Of a stretch of 64,000 nucleotides of DNA, positions 13,701-27,545 are shown piece after piece. This DNA is from Chrysomallon squamiferum (lineage: Eukaryota > Animalia > Mollusca). Both the position numbers and the translations under genes were made by a program. The stretch spans positions 17,174,001-17,238,000 of the forward strand of contig CM022679.1 of NCBI GenBank assembly GCA_012295275.1. Direction: 5' to 3'. Under the pieces are notes generated by a model. The model worked only from the letters and a program-made list of their open reading frames with translations, did no database searches and was not told where the DNA came from. Every line of letters begins with the position of its first letter. Position 1 is the stretch's first letter.

Positions 13701-16700
13701 TTAGGATAAGAGATGTATCTAAAACATCCACTTTCCAAAGTAAAACTCTAGAAAAAAATTAAACAAACTTTACTAACTGCTTTATTGATTTACAGTTAAA
13801 AAAATTCTTTGACATCATCTGGTTAAATATTTATATATATATGAAAAAAGTCTTGTTATGAATATTTTGGTTATGAAAACAATGGTGATGAATTGCTTCA
13901 TCAAACATGTTCATCTGGTTTTAACAAATAGGATAATATTTTTGACTGAACGTTTGAAAAGCTGAGGAATATATTAGAAAGTAAATGATCTTAAATGCTT
14001 TTCCTGCTGTCATGAATATTTATTTCATTTACTTAATTAACTTTTCCTCTTTTTTTAACATTCAAATATCTGTGAACTTTTTATAGCTTCCCTGTTTTTC
14101 CAGATTTTCAGTTACAGAAACTTCTTCAAGTTATTTAACTTTTTCATCTAGCTTTTGTGAAAGCTGACTGATGATTTATTATAGAGCATTGGTCTTAATG
14201 GTTCACATTTTAAAGACAAGAGACATTCTTTGTTTAATTAAATTGCATAACTAGACTGTAAAGTTGAGAAGATAACACTTTCTTAGCTCTAGCATTTGAT
14301 CAGTCTAATAATACAAAACAAATTTTCTTCCTTGTCATTTGCTTGTTTTCATACATCACATTTGGAAGATAAATCACACAGAGATGCTAATAATGTTATT
14401 TTCTCCCCACTGCAGATATAGTCAATTATTTTTACAAGTACCTCATATTTGATTATTATTTTAAAATGATTAAATATGGATTTAAAATGTTATTGATTCA
14501 CTCATTAAGCAGTAATGTATTATTAATGACCATTTATTTACATTATTTTTACATAAAATAAGATCTCATATATTTTATCTAGAGGAAGATGTGTTTTTTG
14601 TACTTCTTCTACAGATAAAAATGCCAGATTTCATCTTTTTATTAACCAATTTGTAGCTTTCATATTAGTAGTGTACTGTGTACATGCAAAGTCATTATTT
14701 GAATAATAAAATAAAAGTGGATTTTCGTTTTGAAGCTTATTTCATGTTAATTATACATATTAGAGATAATGTAATTACTCCAGGAAACAACTCCAGAAAA
14801 AGCACATTAATTTTCTAGAAATAATTCCAAGGCTTAATGGATTGTACAGTGAAAGCTTGTATTTAGAGAGAGCTAAAAGAAAGAAGAAACAAACTTTGTA
14901 TTTTTTAAATTTATTTATTATTATTTTTTTTTATTATTAATGAATTAGAAGATAAAATTGGAAATGACATTCATGGAGTAATCTTAAATTAGTCTGATGA
15001 ATAAAAACCCAAATTTAAATCTGTGGCTTTTTGTGATTAGTACAGTTTTTCAAGTGGCATTGCTTGACAGTAAAGTCAAAAATATAGATTAAATCCAGCC
15101 ACAGTGTACATGAAATGTTATTATTAGAGCTATTACCAGTGATGACTTTGTCATTAACCTTTTTGTTGTGTAATTAAAAATAGCTACTAACACAAATCAA
15201 CAAATGTTGTTCCACTACTGTCCCACAGATGACAACTAATTCAGTGTTTGGGAATCTGTAGGGGTGTGTCCACTTCTCACAACATAAATCTACTTTCTGC
15301 AGTAAATTGTAATAAAATTTTCAATGGATGTATCTGCTTACCACAAAGAAAGGGTTAATGTAAAAAATATTCATTCAATATTTTCTTGACACGGAATACT
15401 GTTCCATGTGCTTGAGTTTTTCCCAAACATAATGATCATTAATAAATACTTTATTACTTTCCACATTCAATGCCAGTATGTTTATGATTCAACATAAGCA
15501 ACAAAGAATAGATATTTCTATAACATTAAACAAAAATAATGCCCTTGAAATTGTCTTTTTCGTATCTACACTATATTGATGACTAATATTAAACTAATTC
15601 CTATCTTGTCTTAGAACAACACTGATAATACTGTGATGTGAACACTTTGATGTAAGTGTAAACTATTCAGCAAGATAAACGAGACATGGAAACAAGGTTA
15701 AAAAGAAAATAATTGTTTATTAAACAGTACCATTAGAAATGTTTTAAGCACCTTGGTTTTAGCTACTTTTCCATGCATTAATGTTGGGTTTTTTCTACTT
15801 TTTTCATACAAGCTGTTGTATAAGTATATATAACTTTTGGCTCTGTATATGTATTCTTTCCACAAATGTTATTAGCATGTCAGTTTTTCATTCAGCAAAC
15901 ACTGTAATTTGTTTAACATCTACAGCTATCTTCTTTATCTCACAATACTTTCTCTTTCTAAGAGAACATTGGCAAAGGTAAATGGATCTGTATATGTTTA
16001 TCATTTTAACTTATTTTCATTTACACCAACCATAACTAGACCAAGAGTGTGAAACCATTCTTGTAAAATGATTTGGAAATAAATCTACAAAATATATAAT
16101 TTAAGTTCAGTCCTAACCATTATACATTTTTATAAACATCTACGTTTTATTAATACTTACTAGCTTCTTGTGAGTAGTAAATGCATAAATATACATACAT
16201 ACATACATAAATATGATTAAAATTTTAAATTTTGTATTATCTGAATTCATTTATTCCTGTTTGAAATGTAAAAGACAAGTTCAGGTAGGCACTAAACCAT
16301 TTATCGAGCTTCCAGAAATAAGAAAATCAAGAAAACTGTCTGTATCTGAAACTGGCTACTTTTGAATTAGGTATGCTTTGTTATAGTTTCTGTGATGCCA
16401 ATTCAAGTGAAAAATGTTGTGAACACAACAAGTTATTTCAGCTCACTCTCATATTCCTTTATTATCATATAAAAAACTGGCAGAATATGCTAATTAAAAG
16501 CATATTCATTACAAATATTTTAAGGAATTTAAATAAATTAACAAAGATCTAATAGACACAGCTTCAAAGTATATTAATATATTTGTGTTAAATATTAGTT
16601 TCATTCTTTATTTTATATTTTAAGTAAAGGTTTAGCCTATATCCAAAAATGTCCAATAAATAAAAAATCTGGACAAGGTTTGCTTCCATGGTTTCCAGAA

Positions 16701-18478
16701 AAATGTTTGGGTACATGTACATATATGAAATGATGTATGAAACAAAGGTGTTTTTTTTTAAATTATCAAACTGTTTTAATAGTAAAGAGATATAGCTTCA
16801 ATACTGATAGTTTACATGTCTTCTAGTGCTTGATAAATGGATATATCCATAAGTAAACAAGGCCAGACATATTGTGAAACTACTAATGGCTGGTGTTTGT
16901 GTTGGCCAATCCACTATGGGATATATCTTACTACATGTATACACTGAGTGAGCATCTCTGGATAAATAAACAGACATCTACTACATTGCTACATCTGCCC
17001 ACCATCAGATCATCCAGATTTTCAGCTCCAAGGTACAAGAATTGCGGCTGTGAATTTACTTATTCATATTTTCTAAAGGTCTTTCTTTACTTCACAAAAA
17101 AAAAGAAAAAAAGCCAGAAGGGGAAAGAATTTTTTTTTTTTTATATCTTTGTTTTCTCATGGATTGTGAGAAGTAATTTTATCTTCTATTTCTTGCACAT
17201 GCCAGGAAGTTTACAGTTACACTGGTATCAAGTCTGGTGTTTCAGTGTTTTTCTTGCATTGAAACTGAATGAAATACTTGATTACCTCTGTATGTAATGA
17301 ACTTGGCCTCTTGATCTTCATACAAGTTTTGATTATAGACGGACAATGGTTTATTTACCAATATACATAAATCTGCTGCCATAAAGTTTGCACTTGATTC
17401 TGACATTCAGGGCAGACTGCATTTTTTGTAAATTGATTATGTAACATCAACCGAAAGCAGAACAAGCATTCACTAATCATTTGTTGTAGATTCTTTTACT
17501 TTTCCAATCACAGCCAAGATGTTCCAGGTTGTGAGATTGGTCTTCTTATTCTTCTTCTTCTTCTTATTATTATTATTTAATCTGGCCATTTCTAATTCAT
17601 CAACATTTCCTTTCCATTAAAAAAAATAAATATAGAAATCCTAACTTTTATGGTCGATTAAAAACACATTTCATTAAACACGCAGCACAGAGAAGTTTCT
17701 GGATTCATACAGTATTATTATAACACTGTAGCTTGTACTGAACTTACTAAAACATGAGACACATGTGCTTTTAATATGATATTTTTTAGATGAATACCTT
17801 CTTTTTTAATTATTTACATTCAACTACATCATACATTACATTCAGTACATGAACTATTTTGATATTTTCATATTTGCATACATTATGTGATAAGCGATAT
17901 CCAAACTACAGTAATAGCTTGGATTAACGATGTGATTGGTTCCAAATTTGCGATTGTTATGTGAAACTAATTTACATAGAATTAAGATTAAAAACAGTGG
18001 ATACGTTCTTTGTGATTGAAATTTGACATAATAAGAAGAAATAAAACGGCACTTTAGACACAAATGATTTAATAGATCATAGATATTAAACAAACAGTAA
18101 ATCATTTACAATTCAATTTTTACAAATAATTATATGCCACTCATTGTGGGTTTTGTGTTCATTTAAGATATCTTATTTTGTTTCTAAAGTTATTTCTTCC
18201 ATTCTCTCTTTTTATCATCAGCATTCACCAGTTTACTTTTTTTCATTCTGACATATTGAAAGTGTAAATTACAAAAGGGTTAAGTCTAAATGGAAACAGA
18301 AGAGACAACAGAATCTGAACATCACATGTACGTATGATGTCTGCATGTCAAATGATCAACATAGCTGAAGGAAGGTCGCTATGAACGTAAAACAAACAAA
18401 AACGGACTTAAACACATGCATTGTACCCAAATGTATCATTTATTTTGAGCAATTAACTATTAAATTTCTATTTATATA

Positions 18479-18512
<34 letters not shown>

Positions 18513-19379
18513 GATCTTTAAAGCGGGATATTGTTAAGTGAAGTATTACTGTATTTATACAAAAAAAATCGGTTTCCAAATAATCCGGAACAGTTCATTA
18601 TAATGACTGAGGTAAAAACATGCATGTCAATGAAACCACTGGACCATATTTAGCCTTTCGACAAAATGGGAATTCTACCAGATGGGGATTAAGCCACTGG
18701 AACATAATTCATAAGAACAACTTAATACTAACCATTGTAAATTACTAAGTAAAAAAACATTTGTGGCGATTTATATAATGTTAAAAACTTCAGGGATGCC
18801 TATGTGTTTGACCCCTTTGTTTTATATATAATAACCTGTATCAAAATTTAATACTTTATTTAACAAGTTTATAAAAGTGAAACTATAACTGTATAGAAAT
18901 AAATAAATTCCACTTAGTTTCTGGCGGCCATACGTGGAGAGTTATTTATTGCAACCACTGCACAGAATGACTATCATTATATAATATACACTTAACAAGA
19001 TAGTTCACTTGAGTAATTATAATTACCAAGATAAGATTTGCCTAAGTTACATAATTATCCAAACTGATGTCTTTAATTAGCTGAACAATTGAAATAGATT
19101 TTAATATTCTTTTTAAGGAGATACTTTTCTGATAATTGTGTTTGAGATCTAACATCAGTGGTATATTTTTAGTTGCTGCTTTTGATTTTTAACCTGATAC
19201 ACACTTATCTATATATATATATCATATTTCCACAGGCAAATTTTCTACTTTCATACAAATAAATAAATAGCAAGAAGAAAATAATGGATAAATAGTTTTT
19301 TTTTCTTGTTAACCAGTCTTACTTCTCTGTGAGTTTCAGTGAACACTGCAAGATGTCTTTTTTGCCTTTCATAAAAATA

Positions 19380-19900
19380 CAATTCATAAACTGTTGTTCA
19401 TCTTTCTTTTTGTAAAGATATTCTGCATAAACTGTTTTAAATCTTTCTGTTTATTCTTATTCACTATATGTCATTATACATAATTACTATTAATGAAATC
19501 ATTATAAATCTTTCTGTTCATAAATCTATTCAGTATATGCCATTATACATAATGTTCCTATTCATGTTACGTTGAAATCCTTACAGATCTTTCTATTCAT
19601 AAAGGAATTTTTAACATGCCATTTTATGTTGGCTTTTTAAAAAGATATTATACTTATAAAAGCCATTATATAATTTTGTTCACAAAAATATTAAAAAAAT
19701 TCATTATAAATATTTCTGCACAAAAAGATGTTAAATATCCTACTATTCATATTATACTTAAGTAATTATATATCTTTCTCTTCAAAAAAATATTTGACAA
19801 AAACCACCAAAAGTTTGTCTAGTCATAAAGATAATAATGAAATCATTATACATCTTTATATTCTTAAAAATATGGTACAAAACATCTTTATAAAAAAACA
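19380..19900. repeat. Old degenerate tandem repeat (aaatcattataaatctttctgttcataaa-like)
   Basis: Recurrent cattata...atctttct..tcataaa motifs at ~35-75 bp spacing. Confidence 0.65.
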
Positions 19901-20557
19901 TTGTTGATGCACTTTTAGTAATTTAAAGATTTTTCTATTTTTGTTACCCTTCCTAAATATTCAGTGAAATAAAGTTTACAAAAAACCCAAAAATGTAATG
20001 GAGAAGTAATAATTTGAAATGACAGATGAAAGAAATGACATGAAATTATTGTAATTGGTATAATGGTAATTGGTGTGTGAAAATTTAGTTTTGCCATAAA
20101 ACAAAAATCAATTTTATGAAAGAAACCAGAAGTAATGGTATGGAAAATATAACTGTTAAAAACATGTTCCATGCCTGGTTACAACAAAAATATTTTTGAT
20201 TTTGATAAGCTAATTTATGAATTATAAAAATTCTTAAAGGGAAGATTTCAGTGGATGGAGTTGGTTTTTCTCTTGGTTAATTTTCTATTGGATAAACAGA
20301 TTAATTGCACAGTGAAGAATCAAAATCTACTGATGAATGCTTGACTAAAAAAACCATTTTTATCATACATCTATGGAGGTCATTTATAGAAACAGAATAT
20401 TTTAACATTATTTCTTCATATAAATTACAGAAATTGAAATGTTTACCATCATATTAACAATACATTTTTTTGTGAGTTTTTACACTATATATGTAGAGGT
20501 TGTAAATATTAAAATTTAAATATTTTTTAACAATTTTAAATTGTTTGGTGTTCTTAC

Positions 20558-21071
20558 CTTGATACTGTATTTGTCTTTCTCCTTTCAATTCATTCCTTTT
20601 CACAGCAAAATGAGAGAAACAGTGCAATAGTTGCAGTCTGGTACTTTCAGTCTTGCTCAGAGTTAACTACTGTCCATGCAGCACAGTTAAGAAGTAATTA
20701 TAACACAGAGTTGAGATACCAAGACAACTAACACCTTTAGCTGTACATATTCACATCTCCATACAGCAAGAATACATCCAGATGGGTTGCTTCACAGATC
20801 TGTTTTCATCTCTGAAACAGTATTGGAACAATTGGCACTGGTTAACTCATCCCTCTGACAACACCACTACAAAGCTGATCTGTATTACCTCCCTGCTGCT
20901 TCTAACAGCCAGCATTACACACTAACTGTGTGTAGCAGAGAAAATTCCCAGCTTGCACCCCTTGTCAAAACTATAGGTATTCTTGTATGTTCATTGTAAG
21001 TACTTGTACTTGTTTTATAGATGGTGCCACACTGCCAAATCCAGATAATTCAGCCCAAAGGAGACTGCGGC
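20558..21071 (-). ncRNA. Candidate 514-nt non-coding (5'UTR or lncRNA) exon, antisense within the SDR42E1 intron
   Basis: Strong acceptor ttttcttcttttccttctttatttcag|GCCGCA and donor AAG|gtaaga bracket a GC-richer block with no long ORF. Confidence 0.55.
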
Positions 21072-22161
21072 CTGAAATAAAGAAGGAAAAGAAGAAAAAC
21101 ATATTGGCTGTTCACAGTAAGGTGGTGTGTGTAAAACAGCTGTATATTTTGAAAGAGAGATAATGTATCACTTTCCTAAGGGACTATCAAGGATAAATAT
21201 ATCTGATGGGAACCAGCAGCAACAGAACACCCTAGGAGTATTCATTTTCTCTTGATCCCTCTTTACCTGAAATATACTGAAATTTAAACTTATTAAAAAA
21301 AGAAAAAGAAGAAGAAAAATTAATTTTTAATTTTGATCATTAATTAGGAGACTGAAAAAAACCTCTATGAAAAAAATATTAAAGTTATTTGTTCTTTATT
21401 AATATAGTTATTTTTTGTATTTATTTATAAAACATTCATTTTGTATCATGATTCTTCTTTTATTACTTACATATATTAGTTCATACATTACAAAATCTAT
21501 TATATGATCTTGAAAATAAAAAAATATATATATTTGAGTAAACTATTATAGGGATTTGGTTTCAGTATAATGTTTCAAAATTTTTTTAATTTGTTCCATT
21601 CATTGAATATTTTAACTGACATAATCAGTATCTAAGTCATGAAATTTCCATCTGCCTAATAATAACTCAGTTTCCCTTTACTTTGGGATCCATTTGCTAT
21701 TTTCAGTTAGAATTACATTTGTGACTTATTAATTTTTGATATTACCTGAAAAGTGACATTTAATTTGAAATTTATTCTGCAGAAAAATACTTTTAATAAA
21801 AAACCTTTTGTGAGATATTTTGTTACATAAAATGATAAATTGATTATGTTTCTTTTTTGGGGGAAAGAAAATAAATTCCTGGAAATTAAAATAAACAAGC
21901 AAAATAAAAAGCATAGTTCAATATTAAGGATGATCATTGGATCACTCTTATTATTTAGCCATTTCCAAATAGTTTTTCTGTGGTTATTATTAGTGAAAAT
22001 ATAGCAAGCTGCTATGTTTTCATGACAACTCTGTAACTGCCAAACTTCGTAATGGTAAACTGAAGTGTATAATATTTTATTATAAATTAAATATACAAAT
22101 ATTACAGTAGTTTTAGAATTTTGAATTTGATTCATAATCTAATTTTATATGAAAACACATG

Positions 22162-22166
22162 CACAC

Positions 22167-22204
<38 letters not shown>
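22162..22204. repeat. (CA)n microsatellite
   Basis: Direct reading. Confidence 0.95.
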
Positions 22205-22205
<1 letters not shown>

Positions 22206-22739
22206 TTATATTTGTTACTGTCATGATTTTTTAAATATATATTCTTCACTGAAATGTGTATGTGAAAGTGAAAAAGTCCTTTAGCTTTACTTCTGAACAG
22301 ACATCAATTTACTCTTTCTTACATTTCCTTTCTGGGAGATGTTTAGCCTTTAAGGGAAAATTATGAATTATTTTAACAGCTGGTGGGCCACGTTGTAGAA
22401 ACAAACAGAAAACATATGGAACAGGGAACAATACATTCTTTATTGAAGCCACATTTCAAGCATTGTCTTTTGCAACAGTTACATTAAACATATATTTATG
22501 AATATAAAAATATCAGTTAATACTTTTTCCCTCTGTTTGTGAAGATTTGTGTAATGCTAGAAAGTGGATAATTAAAGTATCTAATTAAATGATAACTGAT
22601 GTTTATTTATAGTTTACAGATAACTGTTTAGAGATTGTTACTGTATACATGTTTTTATTTTTGTGTTTATCAGTAATTCTTTTTCTTGAAGTAATGCAGG
22701 TTCTTTTTTATGGCTTTTTTATGAATTATTTCACTCAAC

Positions 22740-22758
22740 TTCTCTCTCTCTCTTCTCA

Positions 22759-22814
<56 letters not shown>
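22740..22814. repeat. (TC)n(AC)n microsatellite
   Basis: Direct reading. Confidence 0.95.
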
Positions 22815-22817
<3 letters not shown>

Positions 22818-23644
22818 ACACACATTCTCAGGTATTCTGTTAACACTTTTTGTTAAAACAGATAAAATTAAGATTATTTAAAATAAATAAAAAATTTGAT
22901 TTACACAAACAAAAGATTTAAGATACTAGTTATCATAAACAGAAAAGATGACATTTAGATGATGGATAATCACCAACTTGTTTACAGTTGTCGTCATCCT
23001 AGGCAATCAGAAAGCAGTGACTCATCTTTAAAACAAACTATTGTCAGATTATTTCTATCAAGATCATTTAAAAACATTTTAGGTTATCAATAATAAGAAT
23101 AAAATCCTTTAAAGATAATAAAATACATATTGACACTGTGATAGAAAATATTATTAAAAAACAATATTAAAATTAAAACCTTTTTATTTTTATTATTTAC
23201 TATAGAATTACAGTTAGTTATTTTCTGGTTTACAAACTTTTGGCAGATATATGTATTTGCAGCGAGTAAATAAATTTAAGGAATTTTAGCTTTTCAATTT
23301 TGCCTGCAGTTAAGGGGAGATAATACACACTAATGTAATGTTTCTTTGTCCTTTTTTATTTTTATTATTTTGGGGTTTTTTTATACTTTTTTAAATTCAG
23401 ATTTAAATATTTGCCTACTCATTAAGATATTGTTTATTTATAAATTTGGATTAAATTAATAGAACTATTTACGCAAACAAATAAGACGATTATCAGAAAT
23501 GAAATATATATGTTTCATTACTTAAAACTAAAGTATGTACAAGATGATTTGTTTTATTCTGTCAAGGTGTGATGATGATTACACTGAGCCAGAAAGTGCT
23601 GAGAACTGGCCTGAATGTCTGCTATATCATGCTATTTTGCCATG

Positions 23645-23745
23645 TCCACTAAGCTCTTTGCTGTTCCAAACAGCAATCTGCAATTACTTTATCAAAGGCC
23701 CTGGTTTGTGCTTTCCTGTATATGAGAAGATGCAAATAAAAGAAA
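23645..23745 (+). mobile_element. SINE-like fragment
   Basis: ttatcaaaggccctggtttgtgctttcctgtatatgagaagatgcaaataaaaga aligns with the copies at 41.95 kb (inverted), 46.25 kb and 51.76 kb. Confidence 0.55.
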
Positions 23746-26084
23746 ATAAGAGTGCTGATAATACTGAATAACATTCAAAATCAATTCATGAAAACTGGTT
23801 GTTTTAAGGTTTTAAAAATCTTTCTAATCTAATATGTTAATGCTGTGTAGCTATAAATGTACAGTAATAACATTTTGTTTGAATTTTGCTTTAATCTCTC
23901 TCTCTCGCTCTCTCTCGCTCTCTGTACATACACACACATATTCATACACAAACACACACACACCACAAACACATACACACAGAGATAAATTCACATAAAT
24001 AATCTTCATGGTATTTTAGTATCTTTAGATGCTCTCCATCTCTGTATTCATTAATATTTTATGCTTGCCATGGTTTGGTGATTTACAGAATTTTGTTATA
24101 ATTGATCAGACTACAGTTCAGTGAGTCTTTGACATTCAGTATTTTTCTTCCTAGAATTTCAGAAATATAAGACTGAAAAGTAACTACTCGATGTATACAG
24201 TTTCAAAGTGGATGTTAATTTGTAGTAATATTAAATATGTTTTCTTGAAATGCAATGTTCATAAGTTTTAGGATATTTATGGACATTCTGATTTTACTTG
24301 TAATTCAGTTTTGTGTGCGAATTATGTGGAACAAATACTGCTGCCAGTTTACTTTCTATTTTAGGATCCAGCAACAATTTAATAACAGCTTAATATCCAC
24401 ATTTGTGTAACGGCTAAAAACTGTTCTTGTATCATATTTTAAAGATTTATATTTCACTTTATTCTCCCCCCTCCCATTGAATTTCCAAAGCAGTGTTTGA
24501 CTTGCAGCAAGTACACAACAAGTGAACTGTTTACATAATTGTGAATGCTGTCTCTGGATCAACAGAATTTCTAAATGTTCAGTGCTAACTTTTGCTGGCA
24601 AGTGTACACCGATACAATTTTCTACAACTGCTTGGCAATTGATAGCTCCCTAAGGGCAGCTCTTGCCAGAAGGGCTATCATTTCAACACCACCAACTCCT
24701 GACAATTGATTTTCACATTCTGATCATGGTATCATTGCATTAACAGTCTTAACAGAATGCCTATTATCAACACCATTTGTTTCATAGCAAAAATAAAAAA
24801 AATTCTTAAATTTCTAAGAAATATGAGAAAATAATTTAAAAAATATATATATATATATTATTGTCATTAATAATTTTGAAATGTTTTTGTTTTATTTATT
24901 GTATTATTTATATTTTATTTGTTGTTTTAAAAAAATTGTATTTTATTTGTTGTACTAAAAATTTTGCATTTTATTTGTTGTATTTATAAAAAGTTATATT
25001 CTTTAGTAATACACTAAAGGTCAAACTCATTAAAAAAAAGATGAAGAAATATTATCTTATTGTGATGGTGAATTATTGTAATTTAATGTCTTATCCTAAG
25101 GACAGGCTGGTGTTATTTACTGAAGGAGGATTACTGCAAAATGTACTTATTGGCAGGTTAATTGAAGCTGAAGGCTAATTGATGTAATTATATCTTACAC
25201 AAGCTCTTTCTAAGAGACTGTGAAGAATCTGTTTGAAAAAAAACAATACCATAATCAATAATAAAACAAAAAATGTTCTTACTGAAATAGCTTTTCAAAT
25301 TGGTTTCCTTTTCTTTCTTTTCTTTTTATTTATTTATGTATTTTGTGGTTGTTATTATTATTAAATTAGTTAATAATATCCAGTAAAAATATTTTAGCTT
25401 AATAATCATTTGAATCTAATTTGTTAAATACTTAGTACATAAACCAGAAACAGAATTAAAATAGAAATGATTAATAAAAGAAAAAAAAAAAAAAAAAAAA
25501 GTAGTAGAAGATACAAATAATAATAAAAATGTAAAATAATAACATTCAGCAGTAATAAATCATTATCCATCTATTTGCAGTTTATCATAAAAATAAAGCA
25601 ATTATATACCATTTCATAGTTGATTGTTTTCTGGCAAAAATATTATACTCATGTTGCTTATGTTTTAATAAAGTTGATTCTTATATTTTGGGCACGATGT
25701 TATTTTCAGACAATTTTGTGAAAAAGGCAGTTTCTTTTAATGTATTTTCTGGTTAAACCATACTCTGTTAAGTTGAACTGTAATCAAAGTTAATTTTAAT
25801 GTTTCAGTTAATGGTGCAGTAAACACATATTATTGTCTGGCTCATTTAATATCAGGACTTTACTGATGTTCTAGCATTATTTCCTGGACTTGACAACTGT
25901 CTCTGTTGTCAACTGTGTCTCATGACAACACAATTAAACAGTTCATGTATATAAGCATGTTCATAAAAATCATTCTCAACTGATCTTTTAAAACCTCAGC
26001 ACTCAGAGGACCAGCACACAGCATGTCTCCTGGGCTGTTTCCTGTCCCCATTAATATCTTATAAAAGACCAATTTATATGTTTT

Positions 26085-26420
26085 TTGGTATGTGATGCTG
26101 CATGTAAAAGATTAAAAGATCCCTTTCTGTTAATCAGAAAGGAATAGTCTTTCAAGTAGTTGTTACTGTGGATCATACATACACACACACACACACAACG
26201 TAGATACATACATACATACATACATACATATACACATACATACATACATACATACATACACACACACACAAATGCTTGCTTGAATTCAATAAAATTAGCA
26301 TTTCACTCATATCATCAGCATCACACAGTATACATACATATGATATATATATATACATGTTGCTGTCTAATAACCGTTAATAATGAAATGTGTTGAGGTA
26401 TCATTAAATATTCATTCATT
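26085..26420 (+). mobile_element. SINE-like copy interrupted by a (TACA)n/(CA)n microsatellite
   Basis: Core tgcatgtaaaagattaaaagatccctttctgttaatc and tail taaccgttaataatgaaatgtgttgaggtatcattaaata flank the simple repeat. Confidence 0.5.
26174..26270. repeat. (CA)n/(TACA)n compound microsatellite
   Basis: Direct reading. Confidence 0.95.
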
Positions 26421-27289
26421 TCTTTTTTCATTAATTCGTAGTGAAGCACAGTCATGCATGGTGATCAGTTTCTTCACTGCTGTTACAACGACATTAAAAA
26501 ATACTTGAGTCTGTTGCTTGACAATCCCATGACTCTGTGACACAATTTACAGTTCATTTGCATTTTCATAAAATTTCCCCAAAAAACCGAAAAAGAAGAT
26601 ACTATTGCTGTAAAGTTCAGAAAACAAATAATAATGTAACGAGCATACTGCATACTGCATTGAAAGCAAAAAAAAAAATTATTATTTACTTTTTTGAAAA
26701 ATGAAAATATTTTTTGTTTTAAACAGTCTATATACATCATATCAAATTTTAGTATCTTTGTTAATTTTCTTTCTCAGTATTCATTATTATCTCATTTCTT
26801 TTACTGTTAATTGATCTCAGAACCACTAGTAACATACAGTTCACATATAAATCATTTTAAATATGTTTAAAAGTAATATATATATATATATATATATTTT
26901 GGCTCGGTGTTTGTAATTGTCAATATATAGGAAATTTGCTGATATTTCGTGAACATGTTGCTAAAAGGAAAATCCCTTACAAGGTCATTTGTATAAACTT
27001 AAAGAAATTCTTAGCAATCTCTCTCTCTTTTTTTTTCTCTTTTTTTCCATTTTCAATAAGTATGTAAAGAAAAAAACAGAACAGGAAATGGGATGAAAAG
27101 ATGATTAAAAATAGTAATTATGTTGTCAAAAATCAGAGAGACTTCATTAAAGGATTAGTTTAGGTAATAATAGAGTCAGTTTACTTCAAAAAGCAAATCT
27201 CAGGTTGTGTTCTAGTGAGAATAATTAGAGTACCTACAGGTAAAAATACACTTTTAACAACACTGTCAGTTTGAATGTTGAGATGTGTT

Positions 27290-27545
27290 TATATGAAGAT
27301 GTCAGTATGTACATTATTATTATGTCTATCAAGATATGTCTGTGAAGATATCAATATGAACATTATCTTTATTAAATATAACTGTGAACATAGCAGTATG
27401 GACATTTTCATTATTAATTATAACTGTGAAGATAGTGTGGACATTGTTATAAATTATAACACTGGAGACATTATTATCATTAATTATAACTGAAGTTATT
27501 AACATTATTATTATGTATGCAAATATCAGTATGAACATTATCATA
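27290..27545. repeat. Degenerate ~40-bp tandem repeat (acattat..attaattataactgtgaagata)
   Basis: Repeated tataactgtgaa and tatgaacattatc blocks. These explain the two overlapping spurious ORFs. Confidence 0.75.

Noticed and set aside
18919-18945. 5S rRNA-like start tctggcggccatac
   Set aside because: Similarity ends after ~14 nt, with no internal 5S boxes or structure.
21261-21300. Minus-strand tttcag|gtaaag as a recursive splice site
   Set aside because: The regenerated donor (gtaaag) is weak. At most it is an alternative acceptor for the 514-nt candidate exon.
26051-26396. HT/CV/ER/YI-repeat ORFs here and at 22.6, 33.3, 34.8, 45.2, 48.0 and 58.0 kb
   Set aside because: They are translations of microsatellites.
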